DNA of 57,013 bases, taken from an uncultured Coriobacteriaceae bacterium (GTDB lineage: Bacteria > Actinomycetota > Coriobacteriia > Coriobacteriales > Eggerthellaceae). A program made the position numbers and the translations under genes. Positions 28,433 through 37,777 of this stretch are shown here, piece by piece (the stretch's first letter is position 1; each line of letters opens with the position of its first letter). The notes beneath the pieces were generated by a model, which saw nothing but the letters and a program-made list of their open reading frames with translations, was not told where the DNA came from and searched no databases. The stretch spans positions 1 through 57,013 of the forward strand of contig URZP01000001.1 in NCBI GenBank assembly GCA_900552365.1, given 5' to 3'.

Positions 28433-29557
28433 ATGCCGATTACCAAACAAACGAAGCTGGGCATACAAGGCCGCTTGCGCGCACTTGTCGCGGCGCTTCT
28501 TTCGATGTTGCTTGTGCTGGCAGGCACGTGGTCGTTCCCCGCGGCTTTGGGCGAGGACATCGATACCAATCCTCAGCCCGACGAGTTCCAGCAGCGGATC
28601 GAGGACAGCGCGACTGCGTACAACGACGCCATGGCTCGCGTTGACGAGCTGCAGAAGCAGATCGACGAGAACGCTCAGGCCATTGCCGAGCTTGAAGAGA
28701 AAATCCCTCTGCAGAAGGAACGCGCAAGCTCTGCGTGCGTTGACTTGTACAAGGCGCAGCAGGACACGGCTTCCATTCTGGACCTTATCCTGTCCTCCGA
28801 AAGCCTGAGCGATTTCATCACGCGTGTCGACTATTTCAACGCTGTCACACGCTCGAACCTCGAGCAGATCGAGTCGCTTTCCAGCATGCAAGATCAGCTT
28901 CTGCAGGCTCAAGATCAGCTGAATGCCAGCAAGCAGGAAGCTGCTGATCAGGCAGAAGCCGCGCAGGCAGCCCTGCAGCAGGCGCAAAACGCCCGCATCG
29001 AGGCGCAGCGTCGCGCCGTTGAGGAGGCCACGCGCCAGGCCGAGGAAGCCCAGGCTGCCAAAGCTGCGCAGGCTGCTAAGGCCGAGTCTGCCAATTCGCC
29101 TGCTCCTTCCGACTCCGAATCGGACGCGGGTTCTTCTTCGGGCAGCGCCGCCGAGCCTCCTGCGGCTTCTACCGACACCGCCGATTGGTCTTCCGACGAG
29201 GATATCTTCGTCTCCCAGTGGACCGCGCGCATCAACAACTATCTGGCCGGTTCGCCCCTTTCGGGCTATGGCGAGACGTTCGCGCGCGCTGCCTGGACTT
29301 ACGGCGTCGACCCGCGCTGGTCGCCCGCCATCTCGTGCGTCGAAAGCACCAAGGGCGCGTACTGCTTCGCTTCGCACAACGCCTGGGGTTGGGGCTCGGT
29401 TAGCTGGGACTCGTGGGAAGAGGCCATCAACGCGCACGTAGCGGGCCTGGCCCGCGGCTACGGCTACACGCTTACGTATGCCGCTGCGCAGAAGTACTGC
29501 CCGCCCAACGCCGATCACTGGTATAACTCCTGCCTTGCGCAGATGAACAGCATTTAG
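28433..29557 (+). CDS. Secreted PcsB/CwlO-like coiled-coil protein with a lysozyme/glucosaminidase-like C-terminal domain (tentative)
   Basis: An N-terminal signal/TM segment ('LVAALLSMLLVLAG') is followed by about 200 aa of heptad-rich Q/A/E sequence and a Ser/Ala/Pro linker. The C-terminus has 'GVDPRWSPAISCVESTKG...HNAWGWG'. Confidence 0.55.
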   Translation: MPITKQTKLGIQGRLRALVAALLSMLLVLAGTWSFPAALGEDIDTNPQPDEFQQRIEDSATAYNDAMARVDELQKQIDENAQAIAELEEKIPLQKERASSACVDLYKAQQDTASILDLILSSESLSDFITRVDYFNAVTRSNLEQIESLSSMQDQLLQAQDQLNASKQEAADQAEAAQAALQQAQNARIEAQRRAVEEATRQAEEAQAAKAAQAAKAESANSPAPSDSESDAGSSSGSAAEPPAASTDTADWSSDEDIFVSQWTARINNYLAGSPLSGYGETFARAAWTYGVDPRWSPAISCVESTKGAYCFASHNAWGWGSVSWDSWEEAINAHVAGLARGYGYTLTYAAAQKYCPPNADHWYNSCLAQMNSI

Positions 29558-29738
29558 CATGCTCGCTCCTGGTTGGCGTGGGTAACCGCCCCATCAGGTG
29601 ATAAAATGACGGGCGCTGTGCATTCGTGCACGGCGCCTGTTTTCGTGCATGGCGACCGATCAAACGTCGGCGCCTGCGTATATACGTGCCGCCCTTGCAT
29701 CATTCGCAAGCGTCGCGGCGAAAGAAGGAGCGAATCGC

Positions 29739-31322
29739 ATGTCTAAGGGAATGTACTCGATCACCACGCCCATCTACTACGTGAACGCGGCCCCGCACTT
29801 GGGAACCGCCTACACCACGGTGGCCGCCGATACCGTCGCGCGCTATCAGCGCATGAACGGCTACGACGTCGCCCTGGTCACCGGAATGGACGAGCACGGC
29901 CAGAAGGTCGCCGAAACCGCTGAGGCTCATGGCATGACCCCGCAGGAGTGGTGCGATTCGATGGAGCCCGCATTCCGCGATGCATGGGACCTGCTCAATA
30001 TCACCTACACCGACTTCGTGCGCACCACCGACCCCCGTCAGACGCGCACCGTGCAGCAGTTCTGGCAGAAGCTTTACGACGCCGGCTATCTGTACAAAAG
30101 CGCTTACGAGGGTTGGTACTGCGTTCACGAGGAAACCTATTATGCTGAATCCGACCTGCTGAAGAACGAGGACGGCGAGTTCGTGTGCCCCGACTGCAAG
30201 CGTCCCGTGCGCCGCATGTCCTCGGGCGAGGAGAATTGGTTCTTCAAGCTGTCCGAGTTTCAGGAACCGCTGCTGAAGTACTACGCCGAGCATCCTGATT
30301 TCGTTCGTCCCGAAACTCGCAAGAACGAGATCGTCTCGTTCGTCGAGGGCGGTCTGCAGGACCTGTCCATCAGCCGTTCCACGTTCGATTGGGGCGTTCC
30401 CTTCACCTTCGACGAGGGCCACGTCGCCTACGTTTGGGCTGACGCGCTGCTGGCGTATTTCACCGGTCTTGGCTACGCCGACCCCGAGCGCGGCGACGAG
30501 TTCGATCGTCGTTGGCCCCTTCAGTACCACTTCGTGGGCAAGGACATCACGCGCTTCCACTGCGTGATCTGGCCCGCCATGCTGATGGCTGCTGGTCTGC
30601 CTGTTGCCAACACCGTGTTCGGTCACGGCTTCCTTATGACCAAGGGCGAGAAGATGTCCAAGTCCAAGGGCAACGGCATCATGCCCGCTGACCTGGTCAA
30701 GGTGTACGGCGTCGACGCTTACCGCTACTACTTCATGAGCGACGTCCAGTTCGGTCATGACGGCAACATCTCCATCGAGCGCATGACGCAGGTTTACAAC
30801 GCCGACCTTGCCAACACGTGGGGCAACCTGGTCAGCCGCGTGTGCAACATGGTGAAGAAGTACTACGACTTCAAGGTGCCCCAGGCTCCCGAGTCTGCCG
30901 TCCAGAACCCGCTGCGCGAGATCGCCGAGGGCTTGTACGCCGAGTACGACAAGTGCATGACCGATGTTGACTTCACTGGTGCCGTTGCCGCAGTTCAGAA
31001 GCTTGCTGGCCGCGCCAACCTGTACGTCGAGGAATCGGCTCCGTGGAACCTTGCCAAGTCCGAGGAAACCGCCGGCGAGCTTGCTGCGGTCATTTACAAC
31101 ACCCTCGAGGCCATCCGTATCATCGCACTGTACCTGGCTCCGTTCATGCCCAACACTTCCGCCGAGGTCTTCCGCCGTCTGGGCTTGGGCGACATCGCCG
31201 CCATCACCGACATCGAGGCCGCAACCACGTGGGGCCAGCTGCCCGCCGGCAACACCGTCGAGATCGGCGATCCGCTGTTCCCGCGCCTTGATGTTGACGC
31301 AATCGACCTGGGCATCGAGTAA
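29739..31322 (+). CDS. metG: Methionyl-tRNA synthetase
   Basis: 'YYVNAAPHLGTAYT' is the HIGH region and 'KMSKSKGN' the KMSKS motif. The ATG at 29739 is preceded by AAGGAG, and the ORF-track start at 29649 adds 30 unlikely residues. Confidence 0.95.
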   Translation: MSKGMYSITTPIYYVNAAPHLGTAYTTVAADTVARYQRMNGYDVALVTGMDEHGQKVAETAEAHGMTPQEWCDSMEPAFRDAWDLLNITYTDFVRTTDPRQTRTVQQFWQKLYDAGYLYKSAYEGWYCVHEETYYAESDLLKNEDGEFVCPDCKRPVRRMSSGEENWFFKLSEFQEPLLKYYAEHPDFVRPETRKNEIVSFVEGGLQDLSISRSTFDWGVPFTFDEGHVAYVWADALLAYFTGLGYADPERGDEFDRRWPLQYHFVGKDITRFHCVIWPAMLMAAGLPVANTVFGHGFLMTKGEKMSKSKGNGIMPADLVKVYGVDAYRYYFMSDVQFGHDGNISIERMTQVYNADLANTWGNLVSRVCNMVKKYYDFKVPQAPESAVQNPLREIAEGLYAEYDKCMTDVDFTGAVAAVQKLAGRANLYVEESAPWNLAKSEETAGELAAVIYNTLEAIRIIALYLAPFMPNTSAEVFRRLGLGDIAAITDIEAATTWGQLPAGNTVEIGDPLFPRLDVDAIDLGIE

Positions 31323-31330
31323 GCGCGAAC

Positions 31331-32416
31331 GTGGACGAGTTCGATCAGCCCAGCTTCTACGACGCGCTGTATCGTCAGAAGCGCAAGCACGGGAAGTTCC
31401 GCTTCGTCCTTCCGCCCAAGGCGGAAGGACCGATAGCCGATACGCATGCCCATGTTCACCTGCTGCCCGATCCGCCGTTGGCGTTTGCTCGGGCGGCAGT
31501 GTGGGGCATCGACTTCGTGTGCAACATCATTGATATCCATGGCGGCGAGCCTGCGACGTTCGACAAGTTGGACGGCTGGCTTGATGAGGCTACGTCGCGC
31601 ATTCCGCAGTTGCTTGACGACACGCAGGATGTTGTTGCCGCAGGTGGTAGTGAGGCGACGTCAAGCCATTTCCCGGAGGGGGACGACTTGACCGCGTTCG
31701 CCCCTGCGTGCCCCGACGTGAGCGAACTTCGTGTGCCGCGCGTGCGCTTGGCGGTTGGATGCCATCCGCATAACGCCAGCCATTATGACGAAGCGCTTGA
31801 GGTTGCGCTGCTTGAGCGTCTTGCCGACCCGCGTGTGTGCGCTATCGGCGAGATCGGTCTTGATTACCACTACGATCTGTCGCCGCGCGACGTTCAGCGC
31901 GATGTGTTCCGTCGTCAGCTTCGCCTTGCCCACAAAACGGGGCTTCCCGTGGCGCTTCATATCCGCGAGGCGCATGACGAGGCGTTTCAGATTCTTCAGG
32001 AAGAGGGATTGCCCAAGGCGGGCGTGCTTCTGCATTGCTTCGATCTTGATTGGGAAACGCTTGAGCCGTGGGTGAACGCCGGGTGTTATGTTGCGTTCGG
32101 CGGAGCGCTTACGTTCAAGAAAGCCGACTACACGCGCGACGCCGCGGTGCGTGCGCCCATGAGCTTGCTGCTTACCGAGACGGATTCGCCGTACATGACG
32201 CCCGAGCCTATGCGCGGCATGGTGTGCGAGCCGTTCCATACGCTGTTCACGGCTGATTGCCTGGCCGAAGCTCGCGTTTCGGCGGACGAAGGCGCTGATG
32301 CAGGCGATATTTTCGCAGCTAAGGCACGGGTTCTCGCCCAGCTGCACGACAATGCGCTTGCGTTGCTCGACCGACAGCCCACCTTGTGGCAGCTTGAACG
32401 GGCGGCGCTTCAATAA
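31331..32416 (+). CDS. tatD: TatD-family metal-dependent hydrolase with internal insertion
   Basis: 'DTHAHV', 'IGEIGLDYHY', 'LHIREA', 'LLHCF' and 'LLTETDSPYM' are present. Confidence 0.85.
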   Translation: MDEFDQPSFYDALYRQKRKHGKFRFVLPPKAEGPIADTHAHVHLLPDPPLAFARAAVWGIDFVCNIIDIHGGEPATFDKLDGWLDEATSRIPQLLDDTQDVVAAGGSEATSSHFPEGDDLTAFAPACPDVSELRVPRVRLAVGCHPHNASHYDEALEVALLERLADPRVCAIGEIGLDYHYDLSPRDVQRDVFRRQLRLAHKTGLPVALHIREAHDEAFQILQEEGLPKAGVLLHCFDLDWETLEPWVNAGCYVAFGGALTFKKADYTRDAAVRAPMSLLLTETDSPYMTPEPMRGMVCEPFHTLFTADCLAEARVSADEGADAGDIFAAKARVLAQLHDNALALLDRQPTLWQLERAALQ

Positions 32417-32493
32417 CGATTCCAACAGGTTGCCGCCGGCCTTGGGGCTTGGCGGCAATCGATTCAGATGTGGTTCCAGAGAGGGAAAACTGC

Positions 32494-33363
32494 ATGAAAC
32501 GACTGATCATAGTGGGTTCGCCCAGGTCGAACGGCCGCAGCGCCCATTTGGCGGAGATGCTGTTCGAGGCATGCATCGACGAGTGCCCCGATGACGAGGT
32601 CTCGCTGGCTCCCGTGTCCGAGCTTGCCATCTCGGCGTGTGTGGGATGCGACGGCTGCAAGAACAGCGAGGGCCATGCGTGCGTCTTCGAGGACGACATG
32701 GACGAGATCCGCGAGATTCTTGACGAGTCCGACGAGCTGATCGTTGTTTCGCCGGTGTATTTCTCGGGCGCTCCCGCCCCGATGAAGGCCTTGCTTGATA
32801 GGTTGCAGCCCTACTTCTGGACCTGGGAAGCCGGCGGCAACCGTCGTCCCATGACCTTGCATATCATCGGCGAGGGTGCGGGCCCGAACGGTTATGACGC
32901 GCTGATCGACGAGGTTCGCGCGGCGGGCGCCGTGGCCGGTTTCCGCTTGGATCGCATTGTCGACTGGGTGGGCAAGATCGATGCCGACGGCCAGATCACG
33001 GCCGAAGGCGAGGAATACGTGCCCGAAGGCCGCAAGGTCGGCTTCGCGCGCATCGCTGCGGACGACATCGAGAGCATTCACGTCGTTCACGCTGAGAACC
33101 TTCGTCAGGCGCGCAAGGCGAAAAAGGCCGAGAAAGCCACAGGCACAAAGCCCCAGGCCGGCAAGCAGGCGGGGAGGGGTGTCGCTTCTGCAGATGCCTC
33201 TTCGGATGCGAAGCCCGAGTCTCAGCCTGCGAATGCCGACGATAGGAACGCCCCCGGCGTGCAGAACGCTCAGGGTCGCCCCAAGCTGAACATCCATTCA
33301 ACCTCGAAGAACCAGGGCAAGCGCGGTTCGGGCCCGTCGGGGAAGCGAGGCGGCCGTGGTTAG
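32494..33363 (+). CDS. Iron-sulfur flavoprotein (Isf/NADPH-dependent FMN reductase-like) with a basic, low-complexity C-terminal tail of about 100 aa
   Basis: 'IIVGSPRSNGRS' marks the flavodoxin fold, and 'CVGCDGCKNSEGHAC' gives the compact CX2CX2CX7C motif. The tail is rich in K/A/G/Q/S. The ATG at 32494 follows GAGAGGGA. Confidence 0.75.
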   Translation: MKRLIIVGSPRSNGRSAHLAEMLFEACIDECPDDEVSLAPVSELAISACVGCDGCKNSEGHACVFEDDMDEIREILDESDELIVVSPVYFSGAPAPMKALLDRLQPYFWTWEAGGNRRPMTLHIIGEGAGPNGYDALIDEVRAAGAVAGFRLDRIVDWVGKIDADGQITAEGEEYVPEGRKVGFARIAADDIESIHVVHAENLRQARKAKKAEKATGTKPQAGKQAGRGVASADASSDAKPESQPANADDRNAPGVQNAQGRPKLNIHSTSKNQGKRGSGPSGKRGGRG

Positions 33364-34288
33364 TTCCGAGAGGCTTTCATCGCTTGCCGCCGTGGGTGCC
33401 ACGCGTGAGGTCCTTCAGGCGCATGGGTTGGCTACGAAGCATGCGCTTGGTCAGAACTTCCTGGTCAATGACGATGTCATCAAGAAGATCGCCGATCTTG
33501 CGGGCTTGGTGCCGGATGATTTCGTTTTGGAGGTTGGCCCGGGTATCGGAACGCTCACCGAGGCTTTGCTGAAGTGCAGCGGTCATGTGATTTCGATTGA
33601 GCGCGACCGCGACCTTCCTGCGGTGCTGGAAGGAACGCTGGCCGAATGGGCCGATCGTTTCGCGCTTATCCAGAAAGACGCGCTTGACCTGCAGGAAACC
33701 GATCTTGATGCGGTTTGTTCGCAGCTGGGTCTTTCTGCGGACGAGCGTCCGAACAAGTTCGTCTCGAACCTTCCGTACGCGGTGGCCGCAACCATCATCC
33801 TTGACTTCTTTGAGCGCTTCTCGTTTGTGGACAGCGCCACGGTCATGGTCCAGCGCGAGGTGGGCGAGCGTATCATGGCGATGCCCGGAACCAAGAACTA
33901 CGGCGCTTACACGGTGAAGCTGTCGTTGTTTGCCAAACCCGTTGACAAGTTCTTGGTGTCGCCCGGGAATTTCTTCCCGCCGCCCCACGTTGAGAGTATG
34001 GTGGTCAGGCTCGATCGTCATCAGGTGGTCGATGCGGACGGCAGTGCTTTGTCGCCCGAGCAGCGCGCGGCTGCGTGCGTTATGGCCGATGCCTCGTTCA
34101 CGAACAGGCGCAAGACCATCGCGAACTCCTGCAAGGCGTATTTCGCCAGCCGCGGGGATGATGTTGCGACGAAGGCGTTGCCCCAGATGTTCGCCACATG
34201 CGGTATCGAGCCGTCTCGCCGCGGCGAGACGCTTTCGCAGGCCGAGTTCGTTGCGTTGGGTAAGGCGTATCTTGCCCTGGAGCGCTGA
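33356..34288 (+). CDS. rsmA: 16S rRNA (adenine1518/1519-N6)-dimethyltransferase RsmA/KsgA
   Basis: 'LGQNFLVNDDV' and 'VLEVGPGIGTLT' are present. The GTG start overlaps the preceding gene, and the exact start is uncertain. Confidence 0.9.
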   Translation: MVSSERLSSLAAVGATREVLQAHGLATKHALGQNFLVNDDVIKKIADLAGLVPDDFVLEVGPGIGTLTEALLKCSGHVISIERDRDLPAVLEGTLAEWADRFALIQKDALDLQETDLDAVCSQLGLSADERPNKFVSNLPYAVAATIILDFFERFSFVDSATVMVQREVGERIMAMPGTKNYGAYTVKLSLFAKPVDKFLVSPGNFFPPPHVESMVVRLDRHQVVDADGSALSPEQRAAACVMADASFTNRRKTIANSCKAYFASRGDDVATKALPQMFATCGIEPSRRGETLSQAEFVALGKAYLALER

Positions 34289-34458
34289 TTCGAGGCGCTG
34301 GCGCCGGGCTTCAAGTTAGCCGTTTTTCACAAGTTACTGGTCAGAGATTCCTGTGGTGGGGTGCGCTTTCGTGCCTTGATATGGGGTTTCCATGATGTTC
34401 GCAACTTGCGTGTTAGAATTCCGAACGATTGTTTTCGTACCGCAGAAAGAAGCACAGC

Positions 34459-34812
34459 ATGGATTTGGAGCAGCAGGCAAATCTCGTTAATACCATTCAC
34501 GACACGCTTAGCAACTACGTTGACCAGCGCCTGAAGGTTCGCGCGAACATGGGTCGCTCGAAGATCGTCGAGAGCGAGGGCGTCCTTACGCAGGTTCACC
34601 CCCGTCTGTTCGTGATGGAAGTCGATCGCAAGCGCGGCCGCACCGCCCGTCAGTCGTATCAGTACGTTGATATTCTTACCGGCGCCGTTGAGCTTTCTCA
34701 GAACGGCGAGCCCATCTTCGAGCCGTTCGTTCCTCAGGCCGAAGAGGACGAGCTTGGTACTGCTTCTTCCGACGCTTCTGAAGAGGCTCCCGAGGAAGAA
34801 GTTCTTGCTTAG
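34459..34812 (+). CDS. veg: Veg-family protein with an acidic C-terminal extension
   Basis: 'RLKVRANMGRSKIVESEGVLTQVHPRLFVMEV...QSYQYVDILTGAVEL' parallels B. subtilis Veg. The gene follows ksgA, as in Bacillus. Confidence 0.8.
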   Translation: MDLEQQANLVNTIHDTLSNYVDQRLKVRANMGRSKIVESEGVLTQVHPRLFVMEVDRKRGRTARQSYQYVDILTGAVELSQNGEPIFEPFVPQAEEDELGTASSDASEEAPEEEVLA

Positions 34813-34905
34813 CGCGTAGGGTTCTTTTGAAGACGCGGCACCTTGTTTGACAAAACGGGGAGCAAACCGCACAATACTTTCTTGCGCAGGACAGCGCATT
34901 TACGT

Positions 34906-34981
34906 GGGGATGTAGCTCAGCTGGGAGAGCATTACGTTCGCAACGTAGGGGTCGTGGGTTCGAATCCCATCATCTCCACCA
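34906..34981 (+). tRNA. tRNA-Ala (anticodon CGC)
   Basis: A 76-nt cloverleaf was folded by hand: acceptor GGGGATG/CATCTCC with the G3:U70 alanine identity pair, D arm GCTC/GAGC, anticodon loop TTCGCAA, T arm GTGGG-TTCGAAT-CCCAT, and an encoded CCA. Confidence 0.95.
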
Positions 34982-34992
34982 CGGAAACTGCA

Positions 34993-35023
34993 GGTCAGGG
35001 GGTTATTCCTCCTGACCTTTTTC
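34993..35023 (+). terminator. Rho-independent terminator after tRNA-Ala
   Basis: A 10-bp stem GGTCAGGGGG/CCTCCTGACC (one G.U pair) with loop TTATT is followed by TTTTTC. Confidence 0.8.
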
Positions 35024-35144
35024 TTTACGGGAAGGCATTTTTCGCCTCCGTCTGCAAACCGCGTGCGAACGATACGCGAAAGCGCGGTCTTGTTGGGGGA
35101 TCGCGGCTAAGTCGCAGCGCTTCCGGGCAATCGGGAGTTAATGA

Positions 35145-36362
35145 GTGAAAGGTCGAATCGCGCATATGAATGAGGGCGCTTCTTCGAAATCGTCGAACGG
35201 GCTGGTTTGGCTTCTTGCCGTGTGCTGCTTCATCTTGGGCAGCGCTCAGCAGTATCTGTTGGGCGTGCCTGACCAAATCGCTTCCGATACCGGCGTCTCG
35301 CTTTCGGCGATCAGCCTTCTTATGACGGCGTATGCACTGGTCAATGCCTTACTTGCGCCAGTTGCCATCATGGTTACGGCGAAGTGGTCGCAGCGCAGGC
35401 AGCTTATTGGGGGCATGGTACTTATTGTTGCCGGTTTGGCTTTGATGGGTTTGACGAACAACTTCGGCCTGCTCATCTTCTCGCGCGGCCTTGTCGGCTT
35501 GGGTAACGGCGTCTTTGTGGTAACCGCTTACGCGCTTGCGCAGTCGCTGGCGGCTCCCGGCAAGCAGGCGTCCGCTATGGCGGATGTTGCACTGGGCTTC
35601 AGCGCCTCGTCGGTTTTGGCCATGCCCATCGCTCGCGCCCTTCGCGACATCATCAGCTGGCATTCTGCCTATTTGGCGCTCGCTGTGCTCGGCGTGGTGG
35701 GCATCGCGGCCGTCATGCGTTTGATTCCCGAGATCAAATCCGCCAACGCCTCGTCTTCGGCCAAGGATCGCTTGACGCCGCTTGCCAACAAGGCGGTCGT
35801 ATCGGCGCTGGCCGGATCGCTGTTCGTCTTCATGGCCTTCAGCGTGTTCTACACCTACATCACCCCGTTTATCGACACGGCCATGCCCGAGCTGGGTTCG
35901 GGCACCAGCGTTGTCCTGTTCGGCCTGGGAATCATGAGCCTGATCGGTACGAAGCTTTGCGGCGTCATCGCCGACCGCTTCAGCCCGCGCACGGCTATCG
36001 AGTTCTGCCTGGTCTCCATCGCGCTTATGCTTGCGGCGACATTCGCGCTTGAAGGCGCCGGCTGCGGCGTTATTCCGCCGTTGCTGCTGTGGATGGGCGC
36101 GGCGTGGATGTTCGTCCCTGTCCAAAACGTGGTGCTAACCGACCTTGCCGGCGAGGGTTCGGCCATGGCTCTTTCGCTTTCGAATTCCTTCATGCAGATG
36201 GGCAACGCGCTTGGTGCGCCCATCGCAGGTATGGTCATTGCGGTTGCTCCCGTTATGGTCTTGCCGTTGGTTGCCGTTCCCTTCATTTTAGGCGCGTTCG
36301 GCTTTGAGGAGTTCGCGTTTCGAAAGGGACAGTTGCCCCGTCGTTCGGGGAAGAGGGCGTAA
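35145..36362 (+). CDS. MFS transporter (12 TM), paralogue 1
   Basis: It has a hydrophobic 12-TM pattern, and GGGAG lies 7 nt before the GTG. It is closely related to the protein at 37778-38983. Confidence 0.8.
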   Translation: MKGRIAHMNEGASSKSSNGLVWLLAVCCFILGSAQQYLLGVPDQIASDTGVSLSAISLLMTAYALVNALLAPVAIMVTAKWSQRRQLIGGMVLIVAGLALMGLTNNFGLLIFSRGLVGLGNGVFVVTAYALAQSLAAPGKQASAMADVALGFSASSVLAMPIARALRDIISWHSAYLALAVLGVVGIAAVMRLIPEIKSANASSSAKDRLTPLANKAVVSALAGSLFVFMAFSVFYTYITPFIDTAMPELGSGTSVVLFGLGIMSLIGTKLCGVIADRFSPRTAIEFCLVSIALMLAATFALEGAGCGVIPPLLLWMGAAWMFVPVQNVVLTDLAGEGSAMALSLSNSFMQMGNALGAPIAGMVIAVAPVMVLPLVAVPFILGAFGFEEFAFRKGQLPRRSGKRA

Positions 36363-36427
36363 AGCCGCAGTTTGCGGGCCCGCGGCTTGTTTGGTGCTAG
36401 CGTGCGGCTGCCTGGTTGTTTGCGGGA

Positions 36428-37681
36428 TTACAGCGCGAACGGGTCATCGTCCTGCTCGGCATCGCGTTTCAGTTGAAGCAGCTGCGCCACCATGGCGGTG
36501 TCGCCTTCGTCGGTTGCCTGGTCAATCACCTTGGTGAACGTTTCGGCGTCCAACACTCCCGTATCGACGAGTTTCTTGAAGCCGTCGGCGTTCCCGCGAT
36601 CGCGGAATAGACCGCAAACGGTCCAGATCTTGTTGCGCAGAAAAGCCGTGAACTGCTCGCGCATGGTCGGGCTGAGGAAGATGGGGTCGGCTAGGCGGTT
36701 GACCATTGTTCCGTAGCGTGCAAAGTGGTCGTTCTGGTTGAGCGTGGCGCGGTCCATCTCGGCCATGATGAGCGTGGGGTCGATGATGTCCGTTTTGAAC
36801 ATGCGGTTCACGGCGTTCAGGCCCGCCTCGTTGCGCGGCGGTTCGATCTTAAGCCGATCGTGTCCGTCTACCGCGGGCGAAAGCCCGATGACGATGCGGC
36901 GCGGAGGCTCGCTGAGCGCAAGTGCCGACGGTCCCAGCTTTTTCACGCCGCCGTGCACGACCAGTTCTTCCAACGTGGACGCGTTCGCGAACGCCATGGG
37001 GCCGATCTCAGTTACTTCCTTGGGGATGGCCACGTTGGTGGCGGGGCCGATGTACAACACAGCCACGTCGCCGCCGTCGGCCGCCGCCTTGCGTGCGCAC
37101 AGAACGTCGGATGCCAGGTAGAAGCTGTCGTTTTCGGGGTCGATCGAGATCTCGTACAGGTTGAGCGATCGTCCGCTGGTCCACATTTCCGATTTGCCGC
37201 CGCCGTCGGCCACCAACGCGCACGACCCTATGTGGTTGCAAGCCGCGGGAATGTGAAGCGACTCGATGGACGATCCGAAGAACGCCCAGTCCTCGATGCG
37301 CTCAAGGGAATCGGGAAGAACCTCGGTTGTCAGGTTCTCGCAGGCGCTGAAAGCGGAATCGCCGATCCAGCGAACACCCTGGGGAATGGCGATCATCTCG
37401 AGGGCCGTGTTGCCGGCGAAGGCCAGGTTGCCTATGCCGATGGTTCCGTCCATCGCGCGGTAGGCGCGCGCTTGGCTTTCCGATGCGTCCTCAAGCACCA
37501 GCCCGTCGGGTGTTTTCCGGTAGACCACGCCATCGGCGTCGACGATGGTTTCGGGCGCGTTGTTCGCGTGCGCCTTGCTGGTAGGGACTGGCGCGTCGCT
37601 CGCTTCGCCCCCTTCGGCCGCCGCGTCTTGTTGTACGGCTGCATCTTGTGTGGCAAGTTTGGTTTCGGGGTGGTCGGCCAT
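36428..37681 (-). CDS. BspA-type leucine-rich-repeat protein with a helical C-terminal domain and no signal peptide
   Basis: It carries repeats of the 'I(P/G)xxVxxIGxxAFxxCxxL' type ('IPQGVRWIGDSAFSACENL', 'LPDSLERIEDWAFFGSSI', 'IPKEVTEIGPMAFANASTL'). The N-terminus is acidic and Ala-rich. Confidence 0.65.
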   Translation of the reverse strand: MADHPETKLATQDAAVQQDAAAEGGEASDAPVPTSKAHANNAPETIVDADGVVYRKTPDGLVLEDASESQARAYRAMDGTIGIGNLAFAGNTALEMIAIPQGVRWIGDSAFSACENLTTEVLPDSLERIEDWAFFGSSIESLHIPAACNHIGSCALVADGGGKSEMWTSGRSLNLYEISIDPENDSFYLASDVLCARKAAADGGDVAVLYIGPATNVAIPKEVTEIGPMAFANASTLEELVVHGGVKKLGPSALALSEPPRRIVIGLSPAVDGHDRLKIEPPRNEAGLNAVNRMFKTDIIDPTLIMAEMDRATLNQNDHFARYGTMVNRLADPIFLSPTMREQFTAFLRNKIWTVCGLFRDRGNADGFKKLVDTGVLDAETFTKVIDQATDEGDTAMVAQLLQLKRDAEQDDDPFAL

Positions 37682-37777
37682 GTGCGCTTTGCTCCTTGTC
37701 GTTTTGCTCCTTTAAAATATACCGTTGGATTTGCATCGCGCCGCACACGCGGCGTTTTTTCTTGAAAGGGGCCTTGC

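Noticed and set aside
29558-29738. A T-box or other leader upstream of metG. The alaS leader at 51499-51723 was checked in the same way.
   Set aside because: I saw no specifier-loop or T-box consensus (AGAGA ... GGUGGUACCGCG-type) and no terminator/antiterminator pair. The ORF-track N-terminal extension of metG (29649) lacks an RBS and conservation.
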